Below, piece after piece: positions 8,889-18,326 of a stretch of DNA of 64,000 bases. The position numbers and the translations under genes are program-made. Every line of letters starts with the position of its first letter. Position 1 is the stretch's first letter. A model generated the notes under the pieces. That model made no database searches. It saw nothing but the letters and a program-made list of their open reading frames with translations, and had not been told where the DNA came from. This DNA is from Reyranellaceae bacterium (GTDB lineage: Bacteria > Pseudomonadota > Alphaproteobacteria > Reyranellales > Reyranellaceae): assembly GCA_022844045.1 (NCBI GenBank), contig JALHMM010000016.1, positions 19,806-83,805 on the forward strand. Direction: 5' to 3'.

Positions 8889-9716
8889 TCACCACTTGTA
8901 GACCCTCTGCAGCGTCCCGCCCATGAGCGCCGCCTTGTCGCTCGCGGACAAGCGCCTGGTGTCGCGAAACGGCGCCACGCCCTGCTCGTAGGTCAGCATG
9001 CCGATCGTGCGCGTCCAGTCGGTGCCCCACATGCAGCGATCCAGCCCGAACGCGTCGATGATCCGCAGCACCGGCTCCCAGATATCATCGTAGGGAAACG
9101 GCTGCTGCGACATCGTGCAGGCGCCGCTGACTTTCACCCGGACGTTTCTGTACTGCGCCAGATCGAGCAGCTCGGGCAGACGCGCCCAGACATCGGCCGG
9201 CACGGGCGGGTGAAACGGTTGCAGCAAGCCGAGATGGTCGATGACGATGACCGTATCGGGATGCTGCCTGATGTGCGGCAGGCCTTTGTCGATCATGCCC
9301 CAGCACAGCAGGTTGACCGGCAGGCCATGTCGCGCCGCCGCGGCGAAGGCGCGCTTCAGGCCGGGATGGTCGGCGTCCATCGGCAGGTCCTTGCCCATGC
9401 GGATGCGGATGCCGCGCGCGCCCGGCGTCTTCGCCCAGCGCGCCACCGCATCGTCGATCGCCGGATCGGTCGCGTCGACCGGCGTGACGACGCGGAACTT
9501 GTCGGGATAGGCGGTGTAGACCTCGAGCGCGTAGCTCGGATCGTATTTGTAGGCGTTGAACGACGACACCATGATCGCGCCATCGACGCCGACGCTGGTC
9601 ATCGCCGCGACCATTTCCTCGCCCGTGGCCGAGTCGAGTCCGTGCGAGGGGCTGGCCCACGGCCGTCCCGGATGATCGCGATCGAAGGGGTGAACCTGCA
9701 CGTCGATGATCGGCAT
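8889..9716 (-). CDS. amidohydrolase family 2 protein
   Basis: Full ORF. MPIIDVQVHPF at the N-terminus and WGTDW near the C-terminus. Confidence 0.8.
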   Translation of the reverse strand: MPIIDVQVHPFDRDHPGRPWASPSHGLDSATGEEMVAAMTSVGVDGAIMVSSFNAYKYDPSYALEVYTAYPDKFRVVTPVDATDPAIDDAVARWAKTPGARGIRIRMGKDLPMDADHPGLKRAFAAAARHGLPVNLLCWGMIDKGLPHIRQHPDTVIVIDHLGLLQPFHPPVPADVWARLPELLDLAQYRNVRVKVSGACTMSQQPFPYDDIWEPVLRIIDAFGLDRCMWGTDWTRTIGMLTYEQGVAPFRDTRRLSASDKAALMGGTLQRVYKW

Positions 9717-9802
9717 GGCGGTATGGACCTCTAGCCTGAACTGCCCGGGGACACGCTCACTGGAATCTGGTGGAATGGCCGCGTCAGCAAAAGGAAAAAC
9801 GC

Positions 9803-10744
9803 GTGACCAACCCGCTCCGATTCTCCGTGCTCGTGCTGCCCAACGTGCCGTGGCCCGAATTCCTGCGGCGCTGCCGCGAGGTCGAGGCGCTGGGCTTCGA
9901 CGGCATTGGTCTCGCCGACCATCTCGTCGATTGGACCGGCACCAAGGGACCGTGGTTCGAGCTGTGGACGCAGGTCGCGGCTGTCGCCCAGGCGACCACG
10001 CGTATCCGGCTGACGACCCTGGTCGCGCAGATCCCGCTGCGCAACCCCGCGCACTTCGCGCACCAGGCCCTGACCGCCGATCACATTTCCGGCGGCCGGC
10101 TCGATGTCGGCCTGGGCACCGGCCTGGAGTTCGACCCCTCGTGCAGGATGATGGGCATCGAGAACTGGAGCGCGAAGGAGCGCGTGGCGCGTTTCGGTGA
10201 GTATGTCGAGATCGTCGGCCGGCTGCTGTCGCAGGAGGAAACGACGTTCAAGGGGCGCTACTACCAGGTCGATGGCGCCGCCCTCGGGCCGCGCCCCGTC
10301 CAGTCGCCACGCCCGCCGATCCTGATCGCCGGGATGGGACCGGTGATGCTGGGGCACACCGCGCGCCACGCCGATATCTGGAACAGCATCAGCTTCGCCA
10401 AGACCTTCGAGGAACAGCTCGCGGAGACGCGCGGTCGCGTCGCCACCCTCGACGCGAAATGCGCCGCGATCGGCCGCGATCCCGCCTCCATCAGGCGCTC
10501 CTATCTCATGTTCGACGCGGCGGCCCGCCAGAGCGGCGGCCGGGTCAACTACTACGACTCCGAGGAGTCCTTCACCCGCATGGTCGAGCGAGTGATCGCG
10601 CTGGGCATCACCGACATCGGCCTCTACTACCCGATCGCCGAGGAGCAGAAGCCGGTCTACGAGCGCATCGCCCGCACCGTCCTGCCGGCGATGAAGGCGG
10701 CGTTTTCCTCCCTCTCCCCGCGTGCGGGGAGAGGGTCGGGGTGA
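9803..10744 (+). CDS. LLM-class (luciferase-like) flavin/F420-dependent oxidoreductase
   Basis: Lies within ORF 9770..10744. I prefer the GTG at 9803, which follows aggaaa. Carries LADHL and GGRLDVGLGTG. The last 12 codons run into a family-4 hairpin repeat. Confidence 0.8.
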   Translation: MTNPLRFSVLVLPNVPWPEFLRRCREVEALGFDGIGLADHLVDWTGTKGPWFELWTQVAAVAQATTRIRLTTLVAQIPLRNPAHFAHQALTADHISGGRLDVGLGTGLEFDPSCRMMGIENWSAKERVARFGEYVEIVGRLLSQEETTFKGRYYQVDGAALGPRPVQSPRPPILIAGMGPVMLGHTARHADIWNSISFAKTFEEQLAETRGRVATLDAKCAAIGRDPASIRRSYLMFDAAARQSGGRVNYYDSEESFTRMVERVIALGITDIGLYYPIAEEQKPVYERIARTVLPAMKAAFSSLSPRAGRGSG

Positions 10745-10748
10745 GGGG
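10706..10748. repeat. short GC hairpin repeat (family 4)
   Basis: tcctccctctccccgcgtgcggggagagggtcggggtgagggg. Overlaps the 3' end of the LLM CDS. Confidence 0.6.
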
Positions 10749-10804
10749 CTGATTCTGGTTGGCCTCGGCGGGTTGAGAGAGCCCCTCACGAAGCGGGGCG
10801 AGGG

Positions 10805-12127
10805 TCATCTGCGATCGCCCCGCCGCGCCAGCCTGGCGTCCTTCCACGCGAACCAGCGCATCGCCAGCGGCAGGAACCACGGATCGCCGCGATAAAGCGG
10901 CACGGTTGGAAACGCCGCCGTCTCGAAGGCGGTGGCGCCGTCCGGCGACCCGAGAATCTTCTGCGCGATCTTCAGGCCGAAGAACGATCCCATGGGAACG
11001 CCGGCGAAGTTGTAGCCCATGCCGTACCAGACGCCGTCGTGGCGGCCGACATGCGGCATCATGTCGAAGGTGCCGGCGCATTGCCCGGTCCAGACATGGC
11101 TGAGCCTGACGTCGGCGAGATCCGGCAGCGCGCGCCGCAGCCGGCCGTGCAGCAGCGCGGCGATGGCGGCGGGATCCTCGAGACCGTTGGCGGTGGCGCC
11201 GCCGAACAGCAGCCGCGACGAGTCGGGCGCGGGCCGGAAGAAATCGATGTCGAGATTGGAATCGATCACCGTGCGCCGGTGGGGCAGCTGCTTCGCCAGC
11301 AGGTCAGGCGGCAAGGGCTCGGTCGCCGCCATGTAGCCTGTGAAGGGAATGACCCGCCGCGCGTGCCAAGGCAGGCTCTTGGGCGTGTAGCCGTTGGTGG
11401 CGACCAAGACATCGCGCGCGCGCGTCCGCCCGGCTGATGTGGTGACGCGGAAGCCGTCGCCCTGCCCGCCCCGCTCGACCGCGGTGACGTCGCACTCGCC
11501 GAAGATCGTCACGCCGGCTTCCAGCGCGCGCGTCATCAGACCCCGGTGGTAGAGACCGGGATGCAGCGATCCGAGATCGGGAATGACCGCGCCGCCATCG
11601 TAGAGGTCGCTCGCCATTTCCTCGCGCAGCCGGGCGCGCGGCAGCATGGCATAGGGGAGGCCGAGATCGGTCCGCATGCCCTCCAGCTCGCGCTCCAGCC
11701 CGGCGTAGTGCGCGGCCGACGTCGCGGCGATGAGACGGCCGCAGCGCACGGCGTGGCAGTCGATGCCTTCGGCTTCGATGAAAGCCAGCGTGCTCTCATA
11801 GGCCATCGACAGGTCGCGATAGATGGACAGCGCATAGGCGGCGCCCTTGGCGGCTTTCAGGTCGACATAGGCATGCTTCAACGTGCGGCCGAGAAAGCCG
11901 GCATTGCGACGCGACGCGCCAAAGCCCGGCTTCTCCTTGTCGAACACCGCGACACCGCGCCCCGCCCGCGCCAGCGTCAAGGCGGCGCGCAAGCCGGTAT
12001 AGCCCGAGCCGATCACGGCCACGTCGTAGGACGGCGCCAGCGCGCCGCCGGGACTCCCGGTCAACGGCGCCGCGTCCCACCAATAGGGCGCGTGCTTGAA
12101 GTCCGAGGTAAGCGGGTCTGTCATCAC
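10805..12127 (-). CDS. FAD-dependent oxidoreductase (DAO family, gamma-glutamylputrescine oxidase-like)
   Basis: Full ORF. Carries the dinucleotide fold YDVAVIGSGYTGL. Confidence 0.85.
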   Translation of the reverse strand: MMTDPLTSDFKHAPYWWDAAPLTGSPGGALAPSYDVAVIGSGYTGLRAALTLARAGRGVAVFDKEKPGFGASRRNAGFLGRTLKHAYVDLKAAKGAAYALSIYRDLSMAYESTLAFIEAEGIDCHAVRCGRLIAATSAAHYAGLERELEGMRTDLGLPYAMLPRARLREEMASDLYDGGAVIPDLGSLHPGLYHRGLMTRALEAGVTIFGECDVTAVERGGQGDGFRVTTSAGRTRARDVLVATNGYTPKSLPWHARRVIPFTGYMAATEPLPPDLLAKQLPHRRTVIDSNLDIDFFRPAPDSSRLLFGGATANGLEDPAAIAALLHGRLRRALPDLADVRLSHVWTGQCAGTFDMMPHVGRHDGVWYGMGYNFAGVPMGSFFGLKIAQKILGSPDGATAFETAAFPTVPLYRGDPWFLPLAMRWFAWKDARLARRGDRR

Positions 12128-12442
12128 ATGAGCGTCCCAGGCGACATCTCAGTCATACGCCGAGGCTTTGGCAGAAGTCACGGGCGCCAACGTTGCGCGG
12201 AACTCTAGCCGAATGAGCCAGTATCCCTTCACGATCTCTATTCGCCGGGTGAGCGCGGTCCGCGCGTTCTCCCCAAGCTCAAGGCGCAACACACCGAAGC
12301 GGCCGAGCCTCTGTTTGTGTGATCTTGCCGCTTTGGCCAGGCCGAACAGCGCCGACCTGTGGTACACTCGTCGCCTCGGCCCGATCAAATAGTCCCGCGT
12401 GATTATGTCGTCCGTTGTGCGCTTTGTTTCAGGAGACGAGCC

Positions 12443-12832
12443 ATGGGAGTTGAAGACACAAAGGTCGACAAGATCAGCATTTTTCACAAGATCTCGAAGA
12501 AGCATGCGGGGACCCTGGAGCTCAACGAAACGAAAACGTCCAGCGGCGCGATCGTGACCCGCTGGAGCTGGCTGGGTGGCCCGCAGGGACCGGACTCGGG
12601 CGAGTTCGCATGGAACGATGAGAATCCGGCGCTGGCGCTCTTCAGTCTGTCGCTCCGCCGGACCCGCCTGTTGTCGAACCCCGCGTGGCACGGCATTCAT
12701 CGGCCCCCAGAGCGCCCGTGGTTCAGGTCGATCGATAAACTCGAACTCATCGACTACGAGTTCAAGGAGCCTGACGGAATCCGCAAGAACTTCGTCTGGG
12801 ACTGCAAGCTCATGCTGGCCGCGAAGGCCTGA
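12443..12832 (+). CDS. hypothetical protein
   Basis: The ATG at 12443 is preceded by aggaga. A 129-aa product in a lower-GC stretch, with no recognisable motif. Confidence 0.4.
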   Translation: MGVEDTKVDKISIFHKISKKHAGTLELNETKTSSGAIVTRWSWLGGPQGPDSGEFAWNDENPALALFSLSLRRTRLLSNPAWHGIHRPPERPWFRSIDKLELIDYEFKEPDGIRKNFVWDCKLMLAAKA

Positions 12833-12887
12833 TCACGCGGCCTGTGGATGTCGTGGTTACAGCCAGGCGGAAGGTTGGAGCGACGAG

Positions 12888-12951
12888 CCTGATCCCGAGC
12901 GCAACGAGCGTCCCGGCCGCTTCGCTCGATCCCTCACTATGCTCGGGATGA
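12888..12951. repeat. degenerate REP-like element (family 3)
   Basis: cctgatcccgagcgcaacgagcg...cgctcgatccctcactatgctcgggatga. Confidence 0.55.
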
Positions 12952-13042
12952 AAGCCGCGTCTGACTAACCGCTGGTCGCTCTAACCGATGGTATCGCCGC
13001 GCGACTGGTCATAGAGTCGCCAGAACACGACGGAGCGATGCC

Positions 13043-13888
13043 ATGCGCAACACGCGTCTCGGGATTCGTCTGCTCTCCGGCGCCGGCGGCGCGGAGATCT
13101 CCGGCGTAGACGTGGCGCGGGATCTCGACGACGAGACCATCGGCGAGATCCGCGACGCCTTGAACGAGCACTGCGTGGTGTTCTTTCGCGACCAGGATCT
13201 CGACGTCGCTCAGCACAAAGCCTTCGCGCGCCGCTTCGGCGAGATCTTCATCCATCCCAACTATCTCGGCATGGGCGACGATCCGGAGATCGTCATGGTG
13301 CGGCGTCAGCCCGGCGACACCGGCTATGTCGGCGAGGATTGGCATGCCGACACGACGATGGTCGCCGAGCCACCGATGGGCGCGATCCTCTATGGCATCG
13401 ACGTGCCCGACCATGGCGGCGACACGATGTTCGCCAACCAGTATCTCGCCTATGAAACGCTGTCGTCGGGCATGAAGAAGATGCTCGACGGGCTGCGCGC
13501 GGTGCACAGCGACATCATGGTGGCGGGCCCACAGGCCGGCAAGAACAAGGGCCGCTCGACCAAGCATCGCGACGGCGCGGACTGGCGCGAGACGCGCAAC
13601 GTCCACCCCGTGGTGCGCACCAATCCCGAGACCGGCCGCAAGATGCTGTTCGTCAACAAGTCCTACACCGTGGGCTTCGAGGGCATGACCGAGGCCGAGA
13701 GCAAGCCGCTGCTCGATTTCCTGATGGAGCATGGCAACCGGCCGGAGTTCACCTTCCGCTATCGCTGGCGCAAGGGCTCGATCGCCTTCTGGGACAACCG
13801 CAGCACCAAGCACATCGCCGTGGGCGATACCGGCCCCTTCCACCGCTTGATGCGCCGCATCCAGATTTGCGGCGACAAGCCGGTGTGA
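13043..13888 (+). CDS. tauD: TauD/TfdA family Fe(II)/2-oxoglutarate dioxygenase (taurine dioxygenase-like)
   Basis: Full ORF. WHADTT supplies the H-x-D iron ligands, with FWDNRSTKH near the C-terminus. Confidence 0.85.
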   Translation: MRNTRLGIRLLSGAGGAEISGVDVARDLDDETIGEIRDALNEHCVVFFRDQDLDVAQHKAFARRFGEIFIHPNYLGMGDDPEIVMVRRQPGDTGYVGEDWHADTTMVAEPPMGAILYGIDVPDHGGDTMFANQYLAYETLSSGMKKMLDGLRAVHSDIMVAGPQAGKNKGRSTKHRDGADWRETRNVHPVVRTNPETGRKMLFVNKSYTVGFEGMTEAESKPLLDFLMEHGNRPEFTFRYRWRKGSIAFWDNRSTKHIAVGDTGPFHRLMRRIQICGDKPV

Positions 13889-13897
13889 GCGCGGAGA

Positions 13898-14458
13898 CTA
13901 CCAGATCAACGGTGGCGGCTTCGCTTTGTCAACGACGGTTTTGCCGCCCGGTGCAAAGCCCAGCACCGGCGGCACCCACTCCAGATCTGTTTGATAAGCG
14001 CTCGATGCGTAGACCCAGCACGCGAGTTGCTTGGCGAGCTCCCGGCACAGCTGATCGCCGACCTTACCGGCCGCGATAGAGCAGCCATGCAGTTCGAGGC
14101 GCGCGACCGGGCTCATCGCCTCCGCCAGAGCTTTGAGCCTCGTCGGAACGACGTTGTTGAAGTAGGTGCCCGTGTCGTAGTCCCGGCGGATGCCGAGGCC
14201 GGCGTTATCCTGCGTCACCCTCTCCGGTATCGTGCCAGCCGCGATCGGCACGATGCCGGGCAGGCCGTGGCCCCAGATGCGGACCACGTAGGCACCGCGC
14301 GGCCCCGCGCTCTGCAGGATGTCGTTTCCCATCCGCTCGACGACATTCGGCATGTTCTCGTAGCGCAGGATGGTCGTCTTCCCCATGGTGACGAGCCGGT
14401 TGTATAGCGGCACCATGTCCGGCGAGGTGCCATCGACCACGTCGAAGAAGCTCGGCAT
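13898..14458 (-). CDS. hypothetical His...Cys domain protein (resembles DUF4347 from memory)
   Basis: Start at MPSFFDVV, with ggaggggag RBS upstream. Carries VVRIWGHGLPG and LELHGCSIAAGKVGDQL...VYASS motifs. Confidence 0.55.
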   Translation of the reverse strand: MPSFFDVVDGTSPDMVPLYNRLVTMGKTTILRYENMPNVVERMGNDILQSAGPRGAYVVRIWGHGLPGIVPIAAGTIPERVTQDNAGLGIRRDYDTGTYFNNVVPTRLKALAEAMSPVARLELHGCSIAAGKVGDQLCRELAKQLACWVYASSAYQTDLEWVPPVLGFAPGGKTVVDKAKPPPLIW

Positions 14459-14619
14459 GCTCCCCTCCACGAGTCCGTCGCGACGGCGTGGCGCCCAGCG
14501 CGCGCTGAGGTCGGCGCCAACCGTTCGCATTATACCCGCGCGCAGCCTGTCCATGTCGAGCAATGCACTTGCGCGTCGCGCGCGAATTTCAGGCCAGCAT
14601 TGAAGAACGCGCCGATCCG

Positions 14620-14706
14620 CGACCGCGCGCAAGATGCTGCCGCCCGATTCCTGATGGGGAGCATGGCAACCGGTCGGCGTTCACCTCCCGGTATCGCTGG
14701 CGCAAG
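14620..14706 (+). pseudogene. decayed fragment of a tauD-like gene (3' portion)
   Basis: 14646..14706 (gattcctgatggggagcatggcaaccggtcggcgttcacctcccggtatcgctggcgcaag) aligns by eye with tauD 13725..13783. It carries indels that break the frame. Confidence 0.65.
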
Positions 14707-14759
14707 CACCGACAGGTCGCACGCTCGCGGCCGACCAGTCAGCGGCGAACCGGGCTACC

Positions 14760-15425
14760 TCACGCAGTCGCCGGGATGACTCCGATCACCAGCGCACTGG
14801 TCCATACCTTGTTGAATTGAACGGCATAAACCTTGGCCCATTCCGTGAAGAACGCCGCGATCTTCGCCGGCTCCACTTCATACTCGCCGACATTCGGATC
14901 GAAAAATCTGATCATCTTTCCCGCTTTGACGAAGGCGATGGCGTGGGTCGTGCCCTTGCAATCGAGGCTGAGAAACACACCCAGGCATCCCGACCCCCAG
15001 CAAATGTTCATCGCGAACGGAAACGCCTCGGCCATCGCCTTCTGGCCACCCAACTCAGGGTGGGGCTTCAACTCCATCAGCTTGAACAGGTACATGAAGG
15101 CATCGAAGTTCGTCGTCCCTTCGTTCTGCGCTCTGTAGTTCATCTGGTACTGCGACAGGTCACCCGCGTGATTGAGGAACTTCGCAGCCTGCTTTGTATG
15201 ATTGAGGTGCTCGTGCAGCTTGTCCTTGTCTCGCGAGAGATACGCGGGCGACAGCTGCTGCGTCTTCAACCAGAGCATCGTCAGCGGGAAGCAGATTCCC
15301 TCGGATGTGTACTTTATGAACTCGATTCCCCTGGAACTCATCAACGGCAACAAGGTGTCTTGCTTGAATTTCGACAGCTTGGTTCCGTGGTCCTTTAGAT
15401 TCTTGAAGTAGTTGAATGAACCCAT
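14760..15425 (-). CDS. peptidase C58 family cysteine protease (YopT/AvrPphB/NopT-like)
   Basis: The ATG at 15425 follows ggaga. Ordered Cys-His-Asp signature: EGICFPLTMLW, THAIAF, FFDPNVGEY. The gene is clearly AT-richer than its neighbours. Confidence 0.7.
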   Translation of the reverse strand: MGSFNYFKNLKDHGTKLSKFKQDTLLPLMSSRGIEFIKYTSEGICFPLTMLWLKTQQLSPAYLSRDKDKLHEHLNHTKQAAKFLNHAGDLSQYQMNYRAQNEGTTNFDAFMYLFKLMELKPHPELGGQKAMAEAFPFAMNICWGSGCLGVFLSLDCKGTTHAIAFVKAGKMIRFFDPNVGEYEVEPAKIAAFFTEWAKVYAVQFNKVWTSALVIGVIPATA

Positions 15426-15763
15426 ATCGATCTCCACGGTCAATATTCTAGCCCGGAGAAAGAAAGCAAGTCAGGATGGTCGACGACAACCGATCCCGAT
15501 CAAACGCCAGCGGCAAATCATGTCGGACTATAGCGCGGTTGCATGAACTTCGTTGCCGGTATGCGCGTGAGGCGGCGCCGACCGTGATGGCGGCGTCACC
15601 GGTGTCGCCGCATACCGGTTCCTCGACGACTCGATGATGATCGCGCCGACAAAGCCGGTCAACCAGGTGATGTCCGAGTTCGCGCGGCCACGCGCGAGCG
15701 GCGATGCGCGCCGCCGGTGTCCGGACTAGACGCGCGGGACGCGCCGCCATAGAACCAGCGCCC

Positions 15764-16801
15764 ATGAAGCTAGCCATCGAGATCGGCGCCCTGCGGCCGG
15801 AGAACCTGGCGATCACCACGCAGTGGGTGCGCCACGCCGACAGGCTGGGCGTGGCGCTGGCGTTCTCCGCCGAGGCCTGGTGGAGCGACGCCGCGACGCC
15901 GCTCGCCTATCTCGCCGACAAGACCACGGACATCCGCCTCGCCACCGGCATCATGCAGGTCACCGCCCGCACGCCCGCCATGGCGGCGATGACGGCGCTG
16001 ACCCTGCACGACCTGTCGGGCGGGCGGTTCATCCTCGGGCTCGGCGCCAGCGGCCCGCAGGTCGTCGAGGGCCTGCATGGCGTGCCCTACAAAATGCCGC
16101 TCACGCGCCTGCGCGAGACCGTCGAGATCTGCCGCCTGATCTTCGCCGGCGAACGCGTCCAATATGACGGCAAGGTCTTCAAGCTGCCGCTGCCGGACAG
16201 CGAGGGCAAGGCGCTGCGCATCGCGCACGATCCGGCGCACATCCCGATCTACCTGGCGACGCTCGGACCCGCGGCGCTGCGCTACACCGGCGCGGCGGCG
16301 AATGGCTGGCTCGGCACGTCCTTCTCGCCCGACCATGCCGGCGCGCATCTCGACTTCATCCGCGAGGGCGCCGCGTCGGCGGGCCGCACGCTGGCAGATA
16401 TCGACCTCTGCGTCTCGGTGCGTGTCGAGATCGGCGACGACGTGGACGCGATGGTGGCGCGGCGCAAGGCCGGCGTCGCCTTCAACATGGGCGGCATGGG
16501 CTCCGCCACGACCAACTTCTACAACGAGGCGTTCCGCCGCGCGGGCTTCGACGAGGACGCCCGCGCCATCCAGGCGCTGTGGCTCGCCGGCAAGCGCGAC
16601 GAGGCCGAGCGCCGCGTCCCTGATGCGATGGTCACGGCGTTCCAGGCGCTGGGCACGCGCGACATGGTGAAGGAACGGCTGCGCCGCTACGCCGCCGCCG
16701 GCATCAATACGCTCAAGCTCGGTCTCGACAGCGTGCCGCAGGGCCCCCGGCGCTTCGCGCTGCTGGAAGAGATCGTCGAGCTGGTGAAGGACATACGATG
16801 A
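15764..16801 (+). CDS. LLM-class F420/flavin-dependent oxidoreductase
   Basis: Start at MKLAIEIG. Carries GGRFILGLGASGPQVVEG. Confidence 0.85.
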   Translation: MKLAIEIGALRPENLAITTQWVRHADRLGVALAFSAEAWWSDAATPLAYLADKTTDIRLATGIMQVTARTPAMAAMTALTLHDLSGGRFILGLGASGPQVVEGLHGVPYKMPLTRLRETVEICRLIFAGERVQYDGKVFKLPLPDSEGKALRIAHDPAHIPIYLATLGPAALRYTGAAANGWLGTSFSPDHAGAHLDFIREGAASAGRTLADIDLCVSVRVEIGDDVDAMVARRKAGVAFNMGGMGSATTNFYNEAFRRAGFDEDARAIQALWLAGKRDEAERRVPDAMVTAFQALGTRDMVKERLRRYAAAGINTLKLGLDSVPQGPRRFALLEEIVELVKDIR

Positions 16802-17430
16802 AGCTGTACATGGTGCCGCTGGCGCCCAATCCGACGAAGGTCATGCTCTACATCGCCGAGCGCGCCGAGCGCGGCCTCGACATGGGCATCGAGCAGATCG
16901 TGGTCAACACGGTCAAGGGACGGCACAAGGAGCCGGCGCACCTCGCGCGCAATCCCTTCGGGACCGTGCCGACCCTGGAACTCGACGACGGCGGCTACAT
17001 CGTGGAGTCGCTGGCGATCATCCACTACCTCGAAGCGCGGTTCCCCGAGGGCGCGCTTCTCGCCGGCACGCCCGAGGCGCGCGCGCGGGCGCTCGATGTC
17101 GAGCGTATCGTCGACCTGCGCATCGGCGGCCCCATGGGCGCCTATGGTCACGCCACCCGCTCGCCGCTCGGCCGGCCGCCCAATCCCGAGGCGGCCGCGG
17201 CGGCCATGGCCGCGCTGCGGACGCCCCTCGACTACCTCGAGCGAATGCTGGGCGACGGCCGGCCGCTGCTGCTCGGCGAGCACGTCTCGATCGCCGACTG
17301 CACGCTGCAATCGTCGTTGCAGTTCATGCGCTACGTGGAGGCGGACGTCTTCGGCGACCGGCCCCTGCTGCGCGCCTGGGACGTCCGCTATCGCGCCCGC
17401 CCTGCGGCGCTGAAGGTCCTGCGCTGGTAG
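16798..17430 (+). CDS. glutathione S-transferase
   Basis: Full ORF with a 4-nt overlap onto the upstream LLM gene. Carries the GTVPTLELDDG...ESLAIIHYL motif. Confidence 0.85.
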   Translation: MKLYMVPLAPNPTKVMLYIAERAERGLDMGIEQIVVNTVKGRHKEPAHLARNPFGTVPTLELDDGGYIVESLAIIHYLEARFPEGALLAGTPEARARALDVERIVDLRIGGPMGAYGHATRSPLGRPPNPEAAAAAMAALRTPLDYLERMLGDGRPLLLGEHVSIADCTLQSSLQFMRYVEADVFGDRPLLRAWDVRYRARPAALKVLRW

Positions 17431-17449
17431 CGGCTGGCTGACTTGGTCT

Positions 17450-17573
17450 TACCTTCCCCCGGAGGGGGAAGGTGCCCGGAGGGCGGATGGGGGATGTCGA
17501 AGACGAACACCTTACGCGTTGAGACATCCCCCATCCGGCGCTCCGCGCCACCTTCCCCCTCCGGGGGAAGGTA
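17450..17573. repeat. 124-bp nested palindromic element (family 1)
   Basis: Same termini and core as 6198..6321. Confidence 0.85.
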
Positions 17574-17587
17574 AGCCCTGATGTGCC

Positions 17588-18289
17588 TTACCAGACCTCG
17601 CCGTGCGGTCGAATCTCGACATTGAAAGACCATGCCGAGCGATCCTGATGGGCGATATGCCAGGCTTCGTCGGCGATCGCGGCCGGCTTGATGAAGAAGC
17701 CGTCGGGCTTGCCGGCGAAGCGCTCGCGCGTCCAGGCGATGTCGATCACGGCGTCGATCACGATATAGGCGACATGGACGCCCTTGGGACCGAGGTCGCG
17801 CGCCATCGCTTCGGCGAGGATTCGCTGCGCCGCCTTGGTCGGCGCGAAGCCGGTGTAGCGCGGCCGGCCGCGCAGCGCCGAGGTGTTGCCGGTGCAGATG
17901 ATGGCGCCCTTGCCGGCGGCGATCATCGCCGGGGCGACACGGCGCGCGAGGTGAAGCAGGCCCATGGTGTTGATCTGGAACGCGCGGTTCATGTGCGCGG
18001 GGTCGATATCGAGGAAGTTGCCGAACACGCCCCGGACGGCGTTGTGGATCAGCACGTCGGGCTTCCCGAGCGTGGCTTCCACATCCGTGATCGCGGCGTC
18101 GATGCGGGCGGGATCGGCGACGTCGCACGGGAAGGCCTTCGCATTGGGGATGTCGGCCTCCAGCGCGGCGAGCCGCTCGGCGTTGCGCGCCAGCATGGCG
18201 ACACGATAGCCGCCGGCCGCGAAGCGCCGCGCGAGCGCGCTTCCCGTTCCGGGACCGACGCCGGTCACGACACACACCGGTTGCGACAT
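17588..18289 (-). CDS. SDR family oxidoreductase
   Basis: Full ORF. Carries VCVVTGVGPGTGSA and an Y-x3-K-like YTGFAPTKAA motif. Confidence 0.8.
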   Translation of the reverse strand: MSQPVCVVTGVGPGTGSALARRFAAGGYRVAMLARNAERLAALEADIPNAKAFPCDVADPARIDAAITDVEATLGKPDVLIHNAVRGVFGNFLDIDPAHMNRAFQINTMGLLHLARRVAPAMIAAGKGAIICTGNTSALRGRPRYTGFAPTKAAQRILAEAMARDLGPKGVHVAYIVIDAVIDIAWTRERFAGKPDGFFIKPAAIADEAWHIAHQDRSAWSFNVEIRPHGEVW

Positions 18290-18326
18290 GGGTTCACTCC
18301 TGTTTCAAAGCCGATGAGCGTGGTCG

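Noticed and set aside
12149-12700. 183-aa minus-strand ORF overlapping the 12443..12832 plus-strand ORF. Its C-terminal part (GVLRLELGENARTALTRRIEIVKGYWLIRLEF) looked vaguely toxin-like or transposase-like.
   Set aside because: I could not tie it to any family, there is no convincing start or RBS, and it overlaps a better-supported ORF. It may be a gene remnant, but I cannot support a call.
15404-15425. N-terminal MGSFNYF of the C58 protease as an N-myristoylation signal, as in AvrPphB/NopT-type effectors
   Set aside because: Only Gly2 fits. The usual Ser/Thr at position 6 is absent, and the start codon itself is uncertain.
15426-15560. Possible tts box (TtsI-dependent promoter element) upstream of the C58 protease gene
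   Set aside because: The best stretch on the coding strand (tcgtcgaccatcctgacttgct) matches the tcGTCAGcTtntcGaaAGct consensus at too few positions.
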